This document shows, one piece after another, positions 34,008 to 42,849 of a DNA stretch of 52,429 nucleotides (the stretch's first letter is position 1; each line of letters starts with the position of its first letter). This stretch comes from a virus. Its lineage: Duplodnaviria > Caudoviricetes. Below the pieces are notes generated by a model that searched no databases, was not told the origin of the DNA, and saw only the letters and a program-made list of their open reading frames with translations. The position numbers were made by a program, and so were the translations under genes. Location: IMG/VR virus record IMGVR_UViG_3300032296_002061, positions 1-52,429 of that record; one strand, 5' to 3'.

Positions 34008-37000
34008 GTGTCCAACATCGATAAAACCGCAGATGTCACTCCGAAGTCCGGCATGGACTTGCGCACCAATGCGCGCACTGATGGCACTCCGTTCATCCAG
34101 AATACCATCCCTCGTAACGGCGACTTCTGGGTTCGGCCAGGTTTCGGTCTTGTTCGCGAGTACGACACCAGCTTGGCCAACGGGCGATATGATGAGAACA
34201 AGTACGGTCTAGGCCCGTGCATCGGCGCGACCAACGTTCGCACCGCTTGGCAGACCGACCAGATTCTTTCGATTCACACGCTGTACGCATTTACTGGCGA
34301 CTTCTACGGTGGCCGACCTCGTTTGGTTGGTGGCTTGACGCCGATGTATGGTCGTCGCGCAACCTTCTTGGCAGGCGTCGTTGCGATCGTTCACGACTTG
34401 CACACCAATCGTAAGGTTGAGTTTGTGCTGCACGAACAGGACGCGAAGAAAGAGTTCTTGCCACAAGTCTACCCTAACTACTCAACTCGTTACGACGATG
34501 ACAATTCGACGTGGGCGATTCCTGCTCAAGAGCCGAAGTGGGCCATCTTTGCGCCGATGCAGACCGGTGTGGCGTTTGGAACCAAGGCGTTCAACATCGT
34601 GGTGTGCATCGATGGTATGGGCTTGTGGACGTACCGTCCGGTAGATTGCCCGATTGAGTGGAGCCGGCAGAACAACAGCTTGGATCGACCGTACCTTGGC
34701 CCATTCATGGGCGAGCAGGGCGCGTTCTCTCCGCTCAACTTGGCTGAAGGACTTCTGTCTGCTGCCGATGGTGCTGCTTACCTGACGACCAACGACATTG
34801 GCACGATTACAGCACAGTGTACGTGGAACGAAGATCGCATTATCTACGCTGCTGGCAATACGCTTTGGTTCTCCGACCCGTACATGCCGCAAGCGGTGCT
34901 GGCCGATAGCAACTACGTGGTTCCTACGTCTGACCCGATCACATGCGTAGCCCCACTGCGCTCTAGCGTCTTCATCGCAACTAGTGGCGGTAGGTGCTGG
35001 GCGTACAATCCTGCGCTTGGTAGCGCGGGCACAGCGGCTGTTGGCAGCTTGACCTCTATCTCGCTGACCAATGGCTGCGTAAACAATCGTGCTTATTGCG
35101 TGGGCAACGAAGGCGTATTCTTTGTTGACCACAACGGCGTGTTCTTGTGGACGGGCGGTGTGCAGCTTGTGTGGTTGTCGCGTCCGATCGATCGGCTGTG
35201 GGCAGACCCGCAATCGCTTGAGTTGCCGCTGACGGATTACTACCAGCACAACGGCACCACCAGCTTGACAAATGTCCAGTTGCCTGCGCGTCTTGATATG
35301 CGCGAGCAGATGCGGAGCGCCAGGTTGTGCTGGGACGATCCTCGCAAGGTTCTGTATTGCGTATGCGACGACATCACGCTGTGCTGGACGACCGATTATG
35401 GTTGGAGCGTGTGGTACTTTAAGACTCACGCTGGCAATGGCGCAGAGGTACAAGGCTTGGCCAACATCGCCACGCCGACTCTGGTGCCCTCGCGTAACGA
35501 TCTCTACTTGGTTGGTGGCCCAGACGAGACCATCTACATGGATGGTAAAGACCTTAAGATTGTGCAGGACAAAGCGTGCTATCTGCTCAAGCTTGGTCGT
35601 GGTGGTGCAATTGATCGGTCGACGTGCATGGATGCGGCCAGAACTGACGTGTATACCTGCACGCTTTCTGGTTACGTAGTGCCGTTTGATACGATCGAGA
35701 TTACGGTCGGCGTCAACACGTACAACTACAACATCAAGCCTGATGACGACTACGCTGCCACGTACAAGAAGTTTGCTGACGACATTCAAGCTGTAGGCGA
35801 TCCTGAGTACGACTTCATCGGCCAGCCTACCGGCATCGTGGCTGTAGCCAAGGTAGCCGGTACTCCAGCATCCGCTGTAGTCGCATTGATGACTGTAGGC
35901 GCTGGCGCGTTTACCTCGGCGCATACTCAAACGTCCACTAGCGCGAACCTGGTCACTGCCAACTTGGAAGACTGGCGCACGCCTCTGAGCGGTTGGCGCA
36001 TGTACGAGTGGGCAGGCGACGTGGCTACGGGCGCATTCTATCTCGGCCCACCCGTGGTTGCGCCTGCTGGGTTCCAACCGCCGCGTGGTGCTCCGGCAAC
36101 TACTGAAGCCACGTACTGGTGGCCTGTCGCTACCGGCTCGGTAGTGGCGCCACCCACGATTCTTAAACTTCACTTCACGTTCGATAACACGCGCTGGGAA
36201 CCTATCTGCGTGCCAGCCAATCCCGGCGACCCGCAGTATGGTGAGATTGCGGCGCTGTTCCCCAACGAGCGACTTGGTTCTATCTCTGGCTATAGACCCA
36301 ATACGCATGACGCAACGCATCAAATCTGCGTATACAACTCAGGCACAGGTACTGAGGGGCCTGGTGGTGACGAGATTCGGATTGACTTCGACGGAACCGG
36401 CGGTACGTGGACTTCAGCGCCTACGCTAAATGTTGGCGTCATTGGGCCTGACGTGCTGTTCTACATCGGCTTCCGTTACAAGGGCGCCGACTCCACGTTG
36501 TCGTTGCATCCGCAGCTTACAACGTTTATGCGGCAGGACTTCAACGGCTGCCAATTGTACGCTTGGCAATACGGTCGCTACCCGGTGCAATACTCTCAGC
36601 TTGCTGACCTACAACAGCCGGTCGACTGGGCGGTGAAGTCTCGCGAGTTTGAACTTAGCGGCTACCAGTTCACGGTGCGCGGCTTGTTCGTAACTGCGAT
36701 GCACATGGGCAACGGTACTGACGACGTGGTACCGGGCTGGCTTTACGGCCCGCTCAACACTGCGACCTCGACGGATTGGCGCGACTGGAGCGGACAGGCG
36801 CTGGACTTTGCGACTGTGCCACCGGGCAACAGCGCACAGAACGACATGTCTCCGTTCCCGCGCATGGTGCCGGCTACCACAGGTGGCGACCCGAATATCT
36901 ACGTTGACCCGACGCTCAAGACCTTTGGCAACATCGCTCGATGGGGCGATGCAGTCGACCCGACCAAGGGCAACTTACTCATCGACGACCCAGCCGTGGA

Positions 37001-37148
37001 CACGCTTGCGACGACCGATGGTAGCAAGGGTATGCGCGGCTCGGTGATGATTCACGGCACGATGAATGCGCCTGGCGAAGTAGTGAAACTGGGCCGCATC
37101 GAGGCTGCCATCAAGCAGGTTGGTCTGCGCCAGCGGTGGGGTAAGTAA
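34008..37148 (+). CDS. Tail nozzle / tubular protein B (beta-propeller)
   Basis: 1046 aa; WVRPG N-terminus, LWFSDP, GVFFVDHNGVFLW..LSRPI. Confidence 0.75.
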   Translation: MSNIDKTADVTPKSGMDLRTNARTDGTPFIQNTIPRNGDFWVRPGFGLVREYDTSLANGRYDENKYGLGPCIGATNVRTAWQTDQILSIHTLYAFTGDFYGGRPRLVGGLTPMYGRRATFLAGVVAIVHDLHTNRKVEFVLHEQDAKKEFLPQVYPNYSTRYDDDNSTWAIPAQEPKWAIFAPMQTGVAFGTKAFNIVVCIDGMGLWTYRPVDCPIEWSRQNNSLDRPYLGPFMGEQGAFSPLNLAEGLLSAADGAAYLTTNDIGTITAQCTWNEDRIIYAAGNTLWFSDPYMPQAVLADSNYVVPTSDPITCVAPLRSSVFIATSGGRCWAYNPALGSAGTAAVGSLTSISLTNGCVNNRAYCVGNEGVFFVDHNGVFLWTGGVQLVWLSRPIDRLWADPQSLELPLTDYYQHNGTTSLTNVQLPARLDMREQMRSARLCWDDPRKVLYCVCDDITLCWTTDYGWSVWYFKTHAGNGAEVQGLANIATPTLVPSRNDLYLVGGPDETIYMDGKDLKIVQDKACYLLKLGRGGAIDRSTCMDAARTDVYTCTLSGYVVPFDTIEITVGVNTYNYNIKPDDDYAATYKKFADDIQAVGDPEYDFIGQPTGIVAVAKVAGTPASAVVALMTVGAGAFTSAHTQTSTSANLVTANLEDWRTPLSGWRMYEWAGDVATGAFYLGPPVVAPAGFQPPRGAPATTEATYWWPVATGSVVAPPTILKLHFTFDNTRWEPICVPANPGDPQYGEIAALFPNERLGSISGYRPNTHDATHQICVYNSGTGTEGPGGDEIRIDFDGTGGTWTSAPTLNVGVIGPDVLFYIGFRYKGADSTLSLHPQLTTFMRQDFNGCQLYAWQYGRYPVQYSQLADLQQPVDWAVKSREFELSGYQFTVRGLFVTAMHMGNGTDDVVPGWLYGPLNTATSTDWRDWSGQALDFATVPPGNSAQNDMSPFPRMVPATTGGDPNIYVDPTLKTFGNIARWGDAVDPTKGNLLIDDPAVDTLATTDGSKGMRGSVMIHGTMNAPGEVVKLGRIEAAIKQVGLRQRWGK

Positions 37149-37152
37149 TGGC
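37129..37152 (+). repeat. 24-bp direct repeat, copy 1 (copy 2 at 37863-37886)
   Basis: GCCAGCGGTGGGGTAAGTAATGGC is exact in both places. Confidence 0.9.
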
Positions 37153-37861
37153 TGACAAGCATATTGCAGATCGAGCGATTGAGCATCTAAGGCAGGAAAT
37201 CGGCAAAAAGGGTCTTGAGCGTTACGACATGATTGATAGCGTCATCAATAAGCATTGGAACGAATATTACAATCGTTACGGGAAAGACCTTGAGAAGTGG
37301 CCGCGTGGAGAATATGAGCGTCTTCAAACGGAAACAGAAGGACTTGTTGATACCCTTACTCCACCGCACCTGAAGAAAGCATTTGACCAACTTGATGACC
37401 TAAGCGTTGTCGACCCCAACTGGCCAGACGCAGAACAGATGGTTCGCAAATATGGCCCCGATCTTGTTGCCCGCATGGAACGGGGTCAAATCCAACCAAT
37501 CGAAGAACCACGCGCCATAACCAAGCAACCAGCGCAACAATACGCGCCCGCTACACAATCCAAACCCGCGATCGTCATGCCTGTGCGCAAAACCGAAATT
37601 GCGCCAGCATTGCCTAAACAAACAGCGCAAAAACCAATTCAAGTCACGCCGCCGCGTCAACGCAAAACCGACAACCTTGAGCAACGAGTTGCTGGATTCT
37701 TTAGTGGACTTGAGAAAGAAGGTTACTGGAAGACGCCGACTCAAGACGACATTAACAAGCAGATTGCCCAAGAACGCTTGCGCAACATGGTGTACGATCA
37801 AAAGCGAAAAGAACAAGAGCCAGTATCATTGCCGGAAGACATCAATCGAACACAAGACTAG
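37148..37861 (+). CDS. Hypothetical virion-associated protein, paralogue A
   Basis: Aligns with 37882-38607 (YG..E.WP..EY, PDLVARMER, QPIEEPRA, GLEKEGY, IAQERLRNM, PVSLPE). Confidence 0.75.
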   Translation: MADKHIADRAIEHLRQEIGKKGLERYDMIDSVINKHWNEYYNRYGKDLEKWPRGEYERLQTETEGLVDTLTPPHLKKAFDQLDDLSVVDPNWPDAEQMVRKYGPDLVARMERGQIQPIEEPRAITKQPAQQYAPATQSKPAIVMPVRKTEIAPALPKQTAQKPIQVTPPRQRKTDNLEQRVAGFFSGLEKEGYWKTPTQDDINKQIAQERLRNMVYDQKRKEQEPVSLPEDINRTQD

Positions 37862-37881
37862 TGCCAGCGGTGGGGTAAGTA

Positions 37882-38607
37882 ATGGCCGAGCCAGACTACA
37901 GCAAGAGTTGGTATCAGCGCAGCGGCGGCAAACTACCGTTCAGCGAGTCGCTTGCCAATCATCTGCGCAAAGAGCTTGGGCCTAACGCTGTGCATCGGTA
38001 TGATGCATACCATGATGTTTTCAACAAGTTGCGCGATCAATATGCAGACAAGTACGGCGATTGGGAAGATTGGCCGGAATCCGAATATCTAAAGTTCAAG
38101 GCTGAAGACGCTAGTTTTCGACCCATGTTTGTTCGACCACATGAGCAGAAGTTGTTTGAACAACTAGAAAGCTTAGAAGCCACCGACCCTATGTGGGAAC
38201 CAGAAACAACCGAGCGCACGCTGCGCCAGCAATATCCAGATTTGGTGGCACGCATGGAACGAAAGCAGGTTCAACCAATCGAAGAACCACGCGCCCCGGT
38301 CATGCAACCCAAGCCACCGGTCATGCCGCCTGTGCGCAAAGCTGAGCCGGTGCCCCCACCGATGAAGTCACCGGCCCAGAAGCCCGCGCAGGTTATGCCA
38401 CCCAAAGCAAAGCCCGCAGGAATGGAACAGCGGATGGCAAACTTTCTGGGTGGTCTGGAGAAGGAAGGCTACTTGAAGATGCCAACGCAAGCTGAGATTG
38501 CTCAGGAACGGCTGCGCAACATGATGCAAGAGCGTGAGCGTGAGTTGCGTGCGCGAGATGAAGTGCCGGTATCGCTGCCCGAAGCAGTCAACCCAACAGG
38601 GCGGTAA
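37882..38607 (+). CDS. Hypothetical virion-associated protein, paralogue B
   Basis: Shares the motifs listed for paralogue A. Confidence 0.75.
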   Translation: MAEPDYSKSWYQRSGGKLPFSESLANHLRKELGPNAVHRYDAYHDVFNKLRDQYADKYGDWEDWPESEYLKFKAEDASFRPMFVRPHEQKLFEQLESLEATDPMWEPETTERTLRQQYPDLVARMERKQVQPIEEPRAPVMQPKPPVMPPVRKAEPVPPPMKSPAQKPAQVMPPKAKPAGMEQRMANFLGGLEKEGYLKMPTQAEIAQERLRNMMQERERELRARDEVPVSLPEAVNPTGR

Positions 38608-38610
38608 GCC

Positions 38611-39108
38611 ATGCCGCAGCAGGTAGAGCTTCCAAACAAAACAATCAGCGACTTGCAGTTCACCAACATGCAAAGTCGCCAGCAGATATTCGACATCGTG
38701 CTGCGTATGCAGCCAGTGGTCGCAGGCGCTCCGTTCCAAGGCGGCATCCTTGCGCCCGGTGTCTATAAGGGCGGTACGCTGGGCAGCGAGGCGCGGGTCG
38801 ATGGTATTGGTTGGCCCAACGTGTCTGGCCCAGTGACGATCGCATCTAACGTGATTGTGCGCGGCGTAGTGTTTACCGATACGGTTACACTTACAGCAGC
38901 GGCTGTCGTGGTGTTCGATGGATGCGTGTTCCAGAAGACCGTGACCGTGGCCAGCGGCGGCAAAGGCGCTTGGTCTGGTTGCAGATTCGATGGAGTTTCC
39001 TCTATCCAAAATGCAGGAAATGCGTCAAAGTGCGTGGTCGCTGGCGGTGTGCATACCTCCAGCACAGCGCACGTTAATGTGACGCTGCCAGGTGGAGAGG
39101 CAGTATGA
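38611..39108 (+). CDS. Short beta-helix-like tail protein
   Basis: VIVRGVVF, VFDGCVF, WSGCRF repeats. Confidence 0.55.
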   Translation: MPQQVELPNKTISDLQFTNMQSRQQIFDIVLRMQPVVAGAPFQGGILAPGVYKGGTLGSEARVDGIGWPNVSGPVTIASNVIVRGVVFTDTVTLTAAAVVVFDGCVFQKTVTVASGGKGAWSGCRFDGVSSIQNAGNASKCVVAGGVHTSSTAHVNVTLPGGEAV

Positions 39109-39917
39109 GCAGCAACCGGCTACTTCCTTATCAGTTCGCGCCGGGGCTGGATGCTTCGCCTACTCGCATCGAGCAATCGTTGCTCAAGTTGGCAGAGCTA
39201 TACGACGATGTGCCTGCTGAGTTTATGATGCGCCGCTGGTCGCCCTCACACATGCTGTGGGGCTTTTCGCCACCGAGCGTGAGTGTAGCGGGCAACCCGT
39301 ACTTGAAGTGGTACAACCCAGGTTCTTCTGCGACCAACCCTTACCGTTGCAAGTCTTGCTTTGCTGAAGGCCTTGGCGACCCGCCTAATGAAGGCTACAT
39401 GCTAACGTGGGAAGTGACTGCGCTTGCGTCGCATCCCATGATTATTGGTTCTCTTGTAGTGATGGCTCTTAAGGGCGTAGGGCACTACAACAACCAATGG
39501 CTCTATGGCGCTGAGCCGCCACCTGGCTATGAGACTGGTGAGCCAACACGCGATGTTTCGTTGCAGGTTTGCATCTCCGATGGTTGGGACTTGGAGAATC
39601 GCAAGAAGCTGCGGCAAGAGTCGTTGACGTACCAGATGCGTTCTGACGCTTTCTGGTTCTGCCCCGGTTCGATGCCTCCAGTGAACACCGACCCTACGCT
39701 GCCTTCGTTTCCGCAGAATAGCGAAGGTGATGAGGCCGCGTGGGATGGCTTTGCTGTTATGGCTGACGCGCTTGTGCTCGTGCCTGTGGGCGCTCGTATG
39801 GTGTTCCAGTGGACTATCCCGTGGTACGGCGAGTTCAACACCTCGACATGGGGTCAGTATCCGTTTCGGCACAACACGTGGAACCTTCGCGCATTGGCGT
39901 ATAGTCCGACTCACTGA
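39105..39917 (+). CDS. Tail-associated protein
   Basis: Position; W/P-rich beta composition. Confidence 0.55.
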   Translation: MSSNRLLPYQFAPGLDASPTRIEQSLLKLAELYDDVPAEFMMRRWSPSHMLWGFSPPSVSVAGNPYLKWYNPGSSATNPYRCKSCFAEGLGDPPNEGYMLTWEVTALASHPMIIGSLVVMALKGVGHYNNQWLYGAEPPPGYETGEPTRDVSLQVCISDGWDLENRKKLRQESLTYQMRSDAFWFCPGSMPPVNTDPTLPSFPQNSEGDEAAWDGFAVMADALVLVPVGARMVFQWTIPWYGEFNTSTWGQYPFRHNTWNLRALAYSPTH

Positions 39918-39923
39918 GGCATC

Positions 39924-42020
39924 ATGGCAAAGCAGTTTCCGGTCAAGCGATATGCCCGTGGCGTGAAGGTGACCAAGCAGCACCTGAACGATCCATTGAC
40001 CGACATCCAGAATGCTGCTGAGGCGGCTGGTGTAGAGAACTCGATCGAGCATTTGGCGCGCAACAAGGTGTCGTGGGTATTGCCGTACACTGGCCCAGCC
40101 TCTACCGAGTACAAGGATTATGGTCTTAAAGGTTATCCAATGGCTATGTGGCCGTTTGTGATGCCTGCGTTCCAGCAGTTGTTTTGGCGAGGAACACTTG
40201 AAGACCCACGGTACCCGGTGACGTTGAGCGAGTTCTCGTTGTCGATTGACCAGCGAGCAGAGCCCAAGGGTGTTGCTGGTTATGGAGCAGCGTTTCCGGT
40301 CAGCGTTGGTGATAATGTCGAAACCGACATGAGCCGCTACAGCATGACCATTCGGTTGCTAGAGCGTCAGCCATCTCTGTTGACTGGTGAGACAGTTGAC
40401 TACGAAGAGGTTGGCAAGTGGGAGATTGATGGTGTCACTGCGTTTGGCATTCAGCAAAGCGCAACAGACGGCACTGCTGGCAACGGTGTGGCCCGCGCCA
40501 ACCCACTTGTGATCGCTGACCAGAACATTCCGATTCGCCCGTGGAACACGTACTTCTGGGAGATTACCGGGGCGCGACTGTATGAGACGCCAGACTTGGG
40601 TGTGAAGGACAAGTGGACGTTTACGGTGGGCGGCACCCCGGTTGGTGGCGCGCCTGGCGTTGGCGATGTTTGCCGGCTAACGATCAACGGCAACACATAC
40701 AACTACCAAGTTCCTGCTGGCTGGACGCTTGCTGGCATTGCTGCTGGTGTTGCTGCTGCTGCCGCTGCTGACCCACTCTACACGGTAACTGCTGCTGGCC
40801 CGGTGATTACCGCAGAAGAGACGGTTGCATCCAATAACGTCAACACGCTGACGTGCGTGTTTCTTAGTCCTAGTGGTACGGGTACTGGCACGGTATTCCC
40901 GCAGCACGTAGCGGTTGGTGAAGCTGGCACGACGGTATATCCGCTTGAGTTCGTGTCGTTGCACTTGTGCGCTACGTTTGATTCTTTGCTGACTGTGCGC
41001 GATAAGCAGGGCGACTTTGGCCTATACCCGGCTGAGCCAGGTTCCAAGCCAATCCAAAACCTGCCGATTGTGCATGATGGTTGGAAGGTAGGAACCAACA
41101 TCCCGTTGACTCCAGTTGTGGCTGATGCGTTGATGACCGGCGATGACGTGCAGGATGCTATGCACGGCTTTGACCTTGCGCTGCGTGAGCGTGCGGGCAG
41201 CGGCTACGGCACTGGCTACGGCCCGCTTGCCAGCCCACTGGAAGCGAGTAATCGACCGGTGCAAGAGTTGATGGCCAACGACTCGCACTACTCGATGATT
41301 ATGGTTCCGATGTGGAGCGGCCAGTATCGCGAGTCTGTGCGCAAGCAGGATGTGGCTTCTGCTGGTCTGCCTTATGTTGGCGACTTGGAAGAAAACCGGA
41401 TTACCGAAGACGTGTTTGTGTTTCCGGTGCCGGAAGGCTTTGTGTTGCACCATGCGTTTGCGGTGTGGAATGGCTACAGCCCGCCGACCACTGTGTATCC
41501 AGATCGCTTGCAACCTGGGACTTGGCCCACTCAGGAAGACTACGAACAAGAGATTGGCATCATCCTAAACTCGGGCTGGCATGGCGACGATTACAAGCAT
41601 CAGCAGGTAGCGTATCTCAAGTGGAATGGGGCTCCTGCGCCAGACGCCTTTACCTACGAGAACTGGTTGCTCGATGAGTACACCGGAGTCGAGGGTGGTG
41701 TTGCTTGGCGATTGCTTCAGATTCCGCTGGTGAACAACAACAACGCATGGACTGCGCGCACATGGTTTAGCAGTGGCCCGCCGTTCTACATGGGCAAGTC
41801 CAACACGATGACTGAGGCGCGTGCGGATTGCGGCACGTTGCCTACCGCATTTGGTGGCAACCGATTTGATCCACCGTTGACCAACGGTCGCGAGAATGTG
41901 CTTGAGATTCGCTGGCAGAAAGACTTGCAGAACTACGACTTGCTTGAAGATACCGATACGATCATCGGCCAAGGTGGCGAGTGGGTAATTCTCTGCGGTC
42001 GCCAAACCGTAACTACCTAA
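39924..42020 (+). CDS. Tail-associated protein with an inserted domain
   Basis: 698 aa; shares a module with the adaptor and nozzle. Confidence 0.6.
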   Translation: MAKQFPVKRYARGVKVTKQHLNDPLTDIQNAAEAAGVENSIEHLARNKVSWVLPYTGPASTEYKDYGLKGYPMAMWPFVMPAFQQLFWRGTLEDPRYPVTLSEFSLSIDQRAEPKGVAGYGAAFPVSVGDNVETDMSRYSMTIRLLERQPSLLTGETVDYEEVGKWEIDGVTAFGIQQSATDGTAGNGVARANPLVIADQNIPIRPWNTYFWEITGARLYETPDLGVKDKWTFTVGGTPVGGAPGVGDVCRLTINGNTYNYQVPAGWTLAGIAAGVAAAAAADPLYTVTAAGPVITAEETVASNNVNTLTCVFLSPSGTGTGTVFPQHVAVGEAGTTVYPLEFVSLHLCATFDSLLTVRDKQGDFGLYPAEPGSKPIQNLPIVHDGWKVGTNIPLTPVVADALMTGDDVQDAMHGFDLALRERAGSGYGTGYGPLASPLEASNRPVQELMANDSHYSMIMVPMWSGQYRESVRKQDVASAGLPYVGDLEENRITEDVFVFPVPEGFVLHHAFAVWNGYSPPTTVYPDRLQPGTWPTQEDYEQEIGIILNSGWHGDDYKHQQVAYLKWNGAPAPDAFTYENWLLDEYTGVEGGVAWRLLQIPLVNNNNAWTARTWFSSGPPFYMGKSNTMTEARADCGTLPTAFGGNRFDPPLTNGRENVLEIRWQKDLQNYDLLEDTDTIIGQGGEWVILCGRQTVTT

Positions 42021-42069
42021 GAACCTCTGGTCAAGCGAGGCGCACCTCGCTACACTGCGCACGTGGAGG

Positions 42070-42846
42070 ATGGCTATGGCTGCTCAAGACGAAGATAGTT
42101 GGTTTGGCGACGATGTACCGGTTGCACAACCGAGCCAAAAGCCAAAGTCTGGTGCCAAGATGGTTGACGAGAGTTACTTTGGCACCTCAGATGAATATAT
42201 CCCCAGCACTGGCAAAGCTAAGACTCCAGAAGAAGACGCTTATCTAAAGCAATTTCAAGAGTCGCAAGCCGGTGTTCTTGGCAGTGCCGCCGGCCAGCTT
42301 GCTGCTACTCAGCTTGGTGCCAAGTACGCCAAGGGTGGCGCTGGTGCGCTTGAAGAACGGCAGAAGGGCGCCCTTGGCCGTTTGCGTGAGCAGTCTGGTC
42401 AAGCGTTTGCTGCCCAGCAGGCCCGTGGTGGTGGTGGATCGCTCGCTGGTATGCGTCAGTCGCAGCTTTCGCGTGGCGTGGCTGAAGGCCGGTTGATGGG
42501 CGATTTCGCTATGCAGAAGATTGCTCAACAGCGCCTTGCCGCCCAAGCTGAAAAGGAAGCCGCACAAGCTGCTGGCGAGTACGCAACGACGCAGCAGAAG
42601 CTCAAGCAAGCTGAGGCAGATCGCGCAAGAGCCCAATCTGAAGAGTATGGAAAGGCGGTTCAAGATATTCGGACTGAGTTCCAGAATCGAGTTGATGAAT
42701 CCGGTTGGTACGGTGAAGATGACCGAAAAGCTCTTGCCGCTTGGATTCAGAACACTTACGGCAACAGCCCGAATGCCGCTGTGCGTCAATACGCCAAAGA
42801 TGCCGCAGCCAATGTGCTTGCTGATACTGGTGACTTTGAGGGGTAA
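42070..42846 (+). CDS. Internal virion / ejection protein (small)
   Basis: A/Q/G-rich helical protein; first of three genes of increasing size. Confidence 0.6.
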   Translation: MAMAAQDEDSWFGDDVPVAQPSQKPKSGAKMVDESYFGTSDEYIPSTGKAKTPEEDAYLKQFQESQAGVLGSAAGQLAATQLGAKYAKGGAGALEERQKGALGRLREQSGQAFAAQQARGGGGSLAGMRQSQLSRGVAEGRLMGDFAMQKIAQQRLAAQAEKEAAQAAGEYATTQQKLKQAEADRARAQSEEYGKAVQDIRTEFQNRVDESGWYGEDDRKALAAWIQNTYGNSPNAAVRQYAKDAAANVLADTGDFEG

Positions 42847-42849
42847 TCA

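Noticed and set aside
27332-36323. Long antisense ORFs (27332-29275, 30082-31623, 34482-36323 and similar, also 16134-17144)
   Set aside because: Shadow frames of strongly codon-biased high-GC genes; H/R/V-rich with no recognisable motifs
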